Positions 20,928 to 28,495 of a stretch of DNA of 56,792 nucleotides are shown piece by piece (position 1 is the first letter of the stretch; each line of letters begins with the position of its first letter). The DNA lies in contig JBATDH010000177.1 of the NCBI GenBank assembly GCA_049663365.1, positions 1 to 56,792 of the forward strand, given 5' to 3'. The position numbers were made by a program, and so were the translations under genes. Under the pieces are notes generated by a model. It did no database searches. It was not told the origin of the DNA and was given only the letters and a program-made list of their open reading frames with translations. This DNA is from Albidovulum sp. GTDB taxonomy: Bacteria; Pseudomonadota; Alphaproteobacteria; Rhodobacterales; Rhodobacteraceae.

Positions 20928-22268
20928 TCAGACACCGGCGGAATGCAGGCTTTCACTCAGTTGAACCAAAACGCGGGCAGCATCAATCGCCACGTCATTT
21001 GCGGTTTCGAACTGAAGCAGTATCAACAGATCGTTGGCCTTTTCAAATTCGTCGATCAGCCAGCTTGCATCCGCTGGCAGCGCGTCGGAATCCGCAATGT
21101 AATCGCGGAACTCATCAACGGCCTGCTGGACAGTTTCGATGAATTCCGCGTTGTCGGACAACGCGCCGGATTGGGCATTCGCCAGAATATCTTGTGTCTT
21201 TTCAAGCCAAAGTGGCCAAATTGCCGCCGTGTCAGGGGTTTTTTCGATCGACACTGCCGCTGCCGTGATGTCGGGTGAATCGACAACTGGCGCGGGTTCA
21301 GCCGGTTTGGGCGGCGCAGGTGGCGGGCTTTTCGCCTCCGGAATCAGTGGTGGGGTCGGTGCAGGTCGTGGTTGGATCACGGTCTTTGTGCCGAAGAAGG
21401 CATCAAGCTTTGCCAAGGCCGGAACAATGGTCTTGTCGATCCCGCGCCTGGCCTTTTCCAACTCGGCTTGGCGCGCTTCGACCGCAGCGATCATCACGGC
21501 ATTGACCAGTTGATCCGCCCCGCTTTCTTGCCAATCACGCTCAGGGTCTGCACCCTCTCCGCGCATCGCCTGCATTGCGGCGGCCGGGGTCACGGCAATG
21601 ACATCATTGAAGTTCTTTGCCCGGTCAGGGTTTACGTGCGATTCCGCAGCTTTACTGGCCAAATCCGGATGGGTCTGGACCAAAAGACTGTTGCGCAACA
21701 GCCTGCCTGGAACGCTGCGCCACGCCTCTTTTTCGGGCTCGGTTACTGGGCCTTGAATGCTGCTGCACCACAGCAGAACATCGGCAAGTCGCATCAGCGC
21801 AAAGACCGCGCGTTTGCCGTTCTCTTTGTCGCCAAGTCCTGAAATGTCGATGAGCCAAAGGTCTTTGAGAACGTCGCAATCTATTTCGACCGATACGAGG
21901 TCGGGGTTCAAATCAAAGGCAGCCTGAAGGTTGATGCCGTCAATTTCCTGATTGGCACGATCCCACCACCCGGCAATGGTCTTTTCCGTCGCGGAATGGC
22001 GCACGATTATGGCGGGCGTGCTGAAATTCCTGCGCCCGGACGGAAGCAAATCCTGGCCAATCAGCAGGTTTACGAGGCTTGATTTTCCTGATCCGGGAAA
22101 CCCTGCGAAAGCGATACGAACCGGTGTTTCCAAGCGGATTCTATAGGCATAGGCCTGATCCTGCGCGCCTTCGAGCATGTCATCCACTGGCGCGTCGGGG
22201 CGTTCGACCGCCGCAATGAACGCGTTGAGGAGATCAATCTCATAATCCACGTTGGGAAGCTCAGCCAT
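20928..22268 (-). CDS. Dynamin-like GTPase 3 with degenerate G3/G4
   Basis: G1 GFPGSGKS + LVNLLIG..LLP; G3 position LIDISG; G4 position QTHPD; Pro-rich linker and helical C-terminus. Confidence 0.7.
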   Translation of the reverse strand: MAELPNVDYEIDLLNAFIAAVERPDAPVDDMLEGAQDQAYAYRIRLETPVRIAFAGFPGSGKSSLVNLLIGQDLLPSGRRNFSTPAIIVRHSATEKTIAGWWDRANQEIDGINLQAAFDLNPDLVSVEIDCDVLKDLWLIDISGLGDKENGKRAVFALMRLADVLLWCSSIQGPVTEPEKEAWRSVPGRLLRNSLLVQTHPDLASKAAESHVNPDRAKNFNDVIAVTPAAAMQAMRGEGADPERDWQESGADQLVNAVMIAAVEARQAELEKARRGIDKTIVPALAKLDAFFGTKTVIQPRPAPTPPLIPEAKSPPPAPPKPAEPAPVVDSPDITAAAVSIEKTPDTAAIWPLWLEKTQDILANAQSGALSDNAEFIETVQQAVDEFRDYIADSDALPADASWLIDEFEKANDLLILLQFETANDVAIDAARVLVQLSESLHSAGV

Positions 22269-22313
22269 GTCTGGGCCCCCGAAATAACTGGCAAAGCTGA
22301 TGAAACCCGAATT

Positions 22314-23129
22314 TCATTCGGCAGTACCTTCATTTGCCTGCGAGTTTTTCCAGAGCGCAACCAATGCCGGGACATTGCCACTGTCGCATACGGCAAAGAC
22401 AAGCTGATCGGGTGATATGGCCAGGCTAACGGCGCTATGGCCGGTCGGTCCCTGCTGAACGATCATGCAGGGCATTCCAGCCAATTCCGCGATGTCCGTC
22501 TGCCAATCGGCGACATCCCTGACAAGCGGTGTGGCTGTTTCCTGGTCGTGGATCGGGGGTTCATTGTCGGTTCTATCGGTGACGCGCCCGTCCCGGTCCA
22601 TCTGTGTTTGGGCGACGGTCAGCTTCTTGGCCCGCCCAAAAAAATCGCTCTGATCGTCGGTTTGGGCATCAGAATCCAGCGTTTCCCTGAACCATTCCCG
22701 TTCACCACAAAAATCGCGCAGTTCGGTTTCAGTTTGTCCGACCTCTTCGGCGGCAAGGTCTTCGGCAATGACGCTGGTTCCAATCGTCAACCGGCCTTCC
22801 AGATGTGCAAGCCGCGCCAGTGACTGGGCTGCATTGGCCAGCCTGCTGTCACGCGTATCTGCATCCGGCTCGGGCGTTGCGGATGGGTCCGCACCGCAAT
22901 GCGTCAGCTTGAGCAACCTGCCGCTTGCCACCGTGGCCATTGCAACGGCATTAGTGTTGGCAAAGAAAGTGTAGCTGCGCGGCAATACCGTGTCGCCGAT
23001 CAATTTCACAATCGTCTGAAGCCGGTCTTGCGCTGACGCGCCGTCTACCGAACGCCGCCCAGCTGTCGTGTCGGAGTCCAGGGCTTTGATCCCGGACAAG
23101 AGCGCAATGATCGCAGCGTCTAGTGCCAT
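22314..23129 (-). CDS. Hypothetical protein in dynamin operon (possible PATAN-like plus roadblock-like domains)
   Basis: Long ORF co-oriented and closely spaced within the operon; start MALDAA uncertain (alternative 23162). Confidence 0.65.
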   Translation of the reverse strand: MALDAAIIALLSGIKALDSDTTAGRRSVDGASAQDRLQTIVKLIGDTVLPRSYTFFANTNAVAMATVASGRLLKLTHCGADPSATPEPDADTRDSRLANAAQSLARLAHLEGRLTIGTSVIAEDLAAEEVGQTETELRDFCGEREWFRETLDSDAQTDDQSDFFGRAKKLTVAQTQMDRDGRVTDRTDNEPPIHDQETATPLVRDVADWQTDIAELAGMPCMIVQQGPTGHSAVSLAISPDQLVFAVCDSGNVPALVALWKNSQANEGTAE

Positions 23130-23180
23130 GCCAGCAACTCTGCACTGACATGCGCCTGGCAAGGGTTTGGCCTGATCGGG

Positions 23181-23555
23181 CTACATGGCATTCGCGATCG
23201 TCTCTCGGTTCGTCATTACAGCGGCCGATAGAGCATCGGTATCGGCGTTGCTGGCACACATATAGCATATTGCATGTTCAGGGAAAGTCTTTGCCTTAAC
23301 AAAGACATGGGTCCGGTCGTGGCCAAAGACGAATATGCTTTTTTCATCCGTATCAACCTTGCCGGACGGATCGGCAAGCGACGGGCTTTGCATCAGCTTT
23401 GTCGCAAGCGATGCGATTCTGTCATAGAATTCCTGTGGTCGGCGGATATGGCAATGTGACGCCAAGACCAGCCCTGAATCCATATCGACGTAGCATATCG
23501 TCTCGCACCCTGGGACCGTGTCGAGCCCGGCGATCAATGCGTCTTTCAATGACAT
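23181..23555 (-). CDS. Roadblock/LC7 (MglB-like) protein
   Basis: 124 aa; LDTVPGCETICYVDMDSGLVLAS pattern and alpha-beta-beta-alpha-beta-beta-beta-alpha layout. Confidence 0.65.
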   Translation of the reverse strand: MSLKDALIAGLDTVPGCETICYVDMDSGLVLASHCHIRRPQEFYDRIASLATKLMQSPSLADPSGKVDTDEKSIFVFGHDRTHVFVKAKTFPEHAICYMCASNADTDALSAAVMTNRETIANAM

Positions 23556-23642
23556 TCCGCGCCCCCAAGGTAATTATTGGGCAAGAGACCGGCCCGTTTC
23601 ACCGGGACCGGCCTTTGCCGATACGCGTGGGATGCCCAGGAA

Positions 23643-25346
23643 TTAGCCGTGCATCCGCAATGGCGATGTTTCACCTTCTTCGGCCACCATGTCAACGTCA
23701 TGGGCCGGAACAGATATGACCATGCCGTTCTGATCCAGGGTCTCGATGAACCGGGTGAATGCGGCCAAGAGGTCGGGCACGGTCTCGACCGGGTTTGCGG
23801 CCAAAATATCCGCCCATATCACCGTAGCAGAAGACGGGTCGGCCATTTCCGTTTGCGGCGCATCTACATTGCCGTCCGTCGCTTCGGTATCGTCTTGGGC
23901 TTCGGCAACTTCCTCGCCGGTATAGGCCATGCCATCAGATATTTCGTCAGTGTCGTCGGTGTCTTCGCATTCGATCACCGGTTCGGGTTGCGGTGTCTGG
24001 GAAATTTCATACTTTTTAAGGTCAAGAACACCGGTTATTGCGGTGTTTTCATCTTCGTAGTCATCCTCGACAGAGGATGCCATGTCGATGATGTGTTGCG
24101 CAGGCGTGGCCGCGTCTTCGGCTGTGGGGCTTTCGGCTTCAACACCGACTTCGTTCCCGCCGTCAGGCATTTCGACCGTCCCCACGTCGTCAATGTCGCC
24201 GTCCGCGTTGGAATCTTCCAGTAATTCATCGGTTTCGGCGGCATCGTCAACGGGGTCATCACTCAGCGCAGCGGCCAATGCGTTGTCATATTCCGCATCA
24301 AGTTCGGCAGTATCAGTATCGGCACCAGAGGTGGTGCCAATCTCATCGTCGGTTTCGCTTGTGCCAATTGCGGCCACGTCATCATCGGATGCGACCGGGT
24401 CAAGCTCTGCGGAAGGTTCAATGGCCTCGTCGTCAGTTGCGGTGAGTATGTCCGCGTCCGCACCCTCGGGCCGACGGTTGCCCATACGTTCAACTCTGGC
24501 CGGTCGCACCACCGAAACTCGGGTCGGTTGAACGGCTGGTTGTGCCAGTGTGGCTTCGGCAGAGGGGGCTTCTGAATTTTTCAAAGACAATCTGGGGGTG
24601 CCGGAGGCCTGGGCCACTTCGGCCGCTATCGACTGTAGCGTCTCGATCAGGGCCTCACCGCCGCTGCTGGCCATCAGTTCGGCTTCATCCTCTACCTGGC
24701 AGGCGCGTATGGCATCGGTCGCCGAGAACATGATGATCGAGCGGAATTTGTCGCCGGTTTCCCGCTGAAGCCGTTGCTTTACCCTGCCACGGTCGCGCTC
24801 GCCCAATTTGTCAGAGCGGGTGGCCAGCAAGATGCTGTTGGCCTGCAAATGTTCTGGGATCGTCGCCCAAACACTGCGTTCGCTTTCGCGCCAGGCTTGG
24901 GTCGCGTGGGTACACCAGATCACGGCGTCCACATGTTCGACAACAGCGGCGCGGTAGTGGTCGGGTATGTTCGGATCGGAAATGCCGGGCGTGTCGATCA
25001 GGTCCATTTCCAACAGGACGTCGGCGTCGCAAAACAGTTTGATATAGCGAACCCCATGGACGGGAACCGCGTGCAGGTTTTCAATGTCAAGATCGTGGTG
25101 ATTTCCCTCGATGTCCACATAATGGGCGGCGCGTTCGCCAAAGCTCATCCAGACGGGGGGCAATTGCGTAGCGGTTACTCTGGTCGGAAGCAGGTCTTCA
25201 CCGAGCAAGAAATTGATCAGCGTGGTTTTGCCCGCGCTGAATTCGCCCATAAGGGCGATGCAGGGCATCCGAGGTTTCTGCGCGACGTCGGTGGCAAGGT
25301 GCGAAGGACTCTGCACCTTTTGAGAGTCGAAGCTCAGGTTGTCCAT
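23643..25346 (-). CDS. Dynamin-like GTPase 2 with long acidic tail
   Basis: G1 GEFSAGKT, G2 PTRVTAT, G3 DTPG, G4 TRSD; D/E-rich C-terminal half; AAGGAG RBS. Confidence 0.85.
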   Translation of the reverse strand: MDNLSFDSQKVQSPSHLATDVAQKPRMPCIALMGEFSAGKTTLINFLLGEDLLPTRVTATQLPPVWMSFGERAAHYVDIEGNHHDLDIENLHAVPVHGVRYIKLFCDADVLLEMDLIDTPGISDPNIPDHYRAAVVEHVDAVIWCTHATQAWRESERSVWATIPEHLQANSILLATRSDKLGERDRGRVKQRLQRETGDKFRSIIMFSATDAIRACQVEDEAELMASSGGEALIETLQSIAAEVAQASGTPRLSLKNSEAPSAEATLAQPAVQPTRVSVVRPARVERMGNRRPEGADADILTATDDEAIEPSAELDPVASDDDVAAIGTSETDDEIGTTSGADTDTAELDAEYDNALAAALSDDPVDDAAETDELLEDSNADGDIDDVGTVEMPDGGNEVGVEAESPTAEDAATPAQHIIDMASSVEDDYEDENTAITGVLDLKKYEISQTPQPEPVIECEDTDDTDEISDGMAYTGEEVAEAQDDTEATDGNVDAPQTEMADPSSATVIWADILAANPVETVPDLLAAFTRFIETLDQNGMVISVPAHDVDMVAEEGETSPLRMHG

Positions 25347-25357
25347 ATATTCGCTCC

Positions 25358-27382
25358 TTATGCTGCCTCGTCTTCGAGATCCCGAAGGATTTCACCGAAG
25401 ATCGATTGTGCGTTTGTGGATTGCACCGCCGCCAAAGTGTCTTTTGCTTCCGAAGTGCCCAAGTCGCCTTCCCTTTGAAGTCGGCGAATGGTTTCCTGGT
25501 GTTCATCCATGAAGGTTTTGAAGGTCGACCGGATGTTTTCCAGAACGGCCGCTGCCTGAACGTCTTCCAAGTCCTGCGCGATAGTGGCTGCCTCGGCACG
25601 GATAAGATGGGCATAGTCATTGGCAAAGGCTTCAAAGCCCCTGCGCTTTTGCCACCATGTGCGCCACCAACTGCTTTGGAGATCAAGGGCGATGGTTTTG
25701 CCCAGACCAACAGGCGGTGGCACGACCGGTGGATGCGGCGCTTCGATCTGGAAATCCGGCAGATTATCGCCCAGAACCGCACGGTAAACAGCCGCGACGC
25801 TATTGGCGGTTTCATCATAGACCTTGGAAGTCTTTGAGCGCACCGCCCTGGAAAAGTTGGAATAGGCAGCGCGCTGCAAGACACGAAGCCCTGCGGGATC
25901 ATAATTCCAGGTTCCCTGTTCGCCAAACTTCTCGAGGTAGGCAATCAGAGAATCGGTGGCGCGTTTGACAAACCCCGCTTGTGCCGTATCCATTCTGGCG
26001 CGTAAATCGCTGCGAATTTCCTTGGTCAACTCTTCAATCTGCTGAGAAAACCGCTTGGCAATTTCATCAACTGCCTGAACTGGGTCGCCGCCGGGGATGT
26101 CGGCTTTGTTCCAATCACCTGTGCGCCGCGAAACCATCGTGGCGCGGGCTTCGTTGGTCAGGTTGCGGGCACTTCGGCAGACACGGGCATAGAGCCGTTG
26201 TGCGCTGCCTTCGCAGATGCGTTCACCGATTGATTGCAACAACTCGGGCAAACCCGAGGCGATCCAGGTGGCGTCAATGGCTTCCATGCGCGCCAATTCA
26301 GGCTGGCTTGCTAGGTAGGTGTCCAGGCAAGCTTTCGAGTCATCAGACACATTGTCGAATTCACCGGTAAGTGCCGCTTCGGCCCATTTGGCACTGCCGA
26401 AAATAATCGACACATCGGCGTCAATCCGGTTGGTCTTCAACGTCTTCAGAATACCGTCACGAATTTCAGGGATCTGTTCGGTCGGGGCGCTGAGTTCGTC
26501 GACCCGATTGACAAAAATGATCGTCTGCCGCTTGTCCAGAGTCGAGATGATGCGCATCAGCGCCATATCCGTCGTGGTCAGCGCTTGATGGGCCGACAGG
26601 ACGACCACGCAAATCTCCGACCCGCGCAGGCTGCGGATGGTGATCTGTTCGCGCATCATGAACGTGTCGTTGACACCGGGCGTGTCGCAAAGCTGCATGG
26701 GCATAGCATAGGCCGGGACATCCAGGTAAAGATCCGCTGATTTGGTGATATCGGCGAAGCGACCGGTCTTGGCGCTCACATCGCCCATGCCGGGATCATC
26801 TCCCAGACAGACGTAACGTTCCATCAACTCGGTATCGACATAGCCGTAAGAATGACTTTGCCCCAGAAGCAATTCAAAATGCTTGCCCAGGCGCTTTTCA
26901 GTCGCCTTGCGCATGTTTTCGACCTGCTTCTGGATGTCTTGCATTTCGTACGGGGCACCGGCGCGTTCAGCCAGTTCGCCCAGACGCCCACCACCGACGA
27001 CCAGATTGGACCATTCGTTTTTGTCGAAAAAGGTGAACTGCGCCTTTGTCGTGTCGGATGATGAAATATCTGCCGGTGCCTTGGTGTTGATCATCACGGT
27101 GGTCACCACCGATGTCCAGGGGTTCACATCAGATGGCAGCAAGCCGGGCGAGCCGGCCAGGACGTTGGTCAATGCGGATTTGCCGGCTTTTACCTGACCA
27201 ACCAAGGTGACCTTGGCGGCGAATTCCTGCAATTTGCCGCGCAATGCCGCAGCCCGTGCGGCCGTGCGCTGATCTGACAATGAACCCAACTGTTCAAGCC
27301 GTCGCGACAGCTTGGCGAATGATTCGGTTGCCTTGGAGACTGCTTCGTTTCCGGCGGATAACAGATGTGCGTTTTGTACCAT
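25358..27382 (-). CDS. Dynamin-like GTPase 1 (full-length, with helical stalk)
   Basis: G1 GQVKAGKS, LLPSDVNPWT (G2), G3 DTPG, G4 NRVD, FGSA; long helical C-terminus with WWRTWW segment. Confidence 0.88.
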   Translation of the reverse strand: MVQNAHLLSAGNEAVSKATESFAKLSRRLEQLGSLSDQRTAARAAALRGKLQEFAAKVTLVGQVKAGKSALTNVLAGSPGLLPSDVNPWTSVVTTVMINTKAPADISSSDTTKAQFTFFDKNEWSNLVVGGGRLGELAERAGAPYEMQDIQKQVENMRKATEKRLGKHFELLLGQSHSYGYVDTELMERYVCLGDDPGMGDVSAKTGRFADITKSADLYLDVPAYAMPMQLCDTPGVNDTFMMREQITIRSLRGSEICVVVLSAHQALTTTDMALMRIISTLDKRQTIIFVNRVDELSAPTEQIPEIRDGILKTLKTNRIDADVSIIFGSAKWAEAALTGEFDNVSDDSKACLDTYLASQPELARMEAIDATWIASGLPELLQSIGERICEGSAQRLYARVCRSARNLTNEARATMVSRRTGDWNKADIPGGDPVQAVDEIAKRFSQQIEELTKEIRSDLRARMDTAQAGFVKRATDSLIAYLEKFGEQGTWNYDPAGLRVLQRAAYSNFSRAVRSKTSKVYDETANSVAAVYRAVLGDNLPDFQIEAPHPPVVPPPVGLGKTIALDLQSSWWRTWWQKRRGFEAFANDYAHLIRAEAATIAQDLEDVQAAAVLENIRSTFKTFMDEHQETIRRLQREGDLGTSEAKDTLAAVQSTNAQSIFGEILRDLEDEAA

Positions 27383-27438
27383 ATTTCCAATTCACCCCAA
27401 TTTACGCTCCCAAACACACGGGTACGGACGTGACGGCA

Positions 27439-27822
27439 TCAAGCCGCCATTCGAGCGGCCCCCTGTAATTCCAAACGTTCAGTGGCAATGATTGCCGCTT
27501 TGGCCAGATCAATTCGCTTGACCAGGCCCACATCGTTCGAAAGTCCTCTCACGATGAAGCGTATGCTTTTGAAAACCGCCCCGTTATCCAAAGTCAGAAT
27601 TGCCTCACTTCCTTGAAGTTCTTGTATTTTTTTGCCTTCCGGCAGTGGCATTTTCTTGTTGGCAAACAAATAGCTTTTCCCATCGTATTGTTTAAAGACG
27701 AAGGCCATGCCGATGCCCGGAAACAGGTTTTCGAGTTTCACGAATTCGGCCGCCAATGCCGTTTGAAGGCACCGCATGTTAAGGTTCTGGCGCCCGTCAA
27801 AGAGGCACTTGTCAGTATCCAT
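27439..27822 (-). CDS. Hypothetical protein, first gene of the dynamin operon
   Basis: 127 aa ORF, purine-rich AAAGAGACGGAA before ATG, ends 56 bp before dynamin 1; no recognised motif. Confidence 0.55.
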   Translation of the reverse strand: MDTDKCLFDGRQNLNMRCLQTALAAEFVKLENLFPGIGMAFVFKQYDGKSYLFANKKMPLPEGKKIQELQGSEAILTLDNGAVFKSIRFIVRGLSNDVGLVKRIDLAKAAIIATERLELQGAARMAA

Positions 27823-28495
27823 TTCCGTCTCTTTACGCGCTACTTAGGAACCAGTGTCCTCGCTCAGCCAACATCGTTATCGGAATCGCTACGCTGAGAA
27901 TGTGGCGACATCGCGTCGCGAAAGTGACCCTGTGGGTTCTTTTTGGCGCAAGCGATTGCTCTGGTTTCAGCCAACTCTCGCTGTCGCGAAAAGACCCTGT
28001 CGCCTGGGGCTTACGGCAACGTGGCCCACGCGTCATGGCCACCAACGACGCATCGGTTCTGAGCCGCCAAACACTGGTCCCGGTTGCGCCGAACGTTGCC
28101 GGGTTGAGCGAGCCTGACTGCCCCGGTCCGTTGGGCGGCTGCGGCGCAACGGTTTGTTACTATTATATATAGGCCAGTTCTGGACCTATTTTTTTGCTGA
28201 CCGCCGTTCCCGTCGGAGGCAAGCGCTAGCAGGCGTATTTTCCAGGGCTTTCGGCGGTATCAAAATCGGAAACAAAAACCCAAAAGCAGGGAATTGTTAC
28301 GCTTTTCCGTTATTAAGTCACGCCACTGCCCAATTTTCGCCGGGTTCAACAATGATTCTGCGCACAAGGAATTACTTCGTGATCGTGAACGAAGGCGATC
28401 TGGCTCTTACTTTGCGGGCATTTTTGGCCGCTGAATGCCAGGACATCTTCGGGCGGATCAAACGAAATGTGTATTGAGGCCGAGAGGGTTTAGGT

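Noticed and set aside
27833..28477. Short ORFs in the divergent intergenic region (27854, 27900, 28154)
   Set aside because: No clear RBS or motifs, mutually overlapping; better explained as promoter or leader DNA
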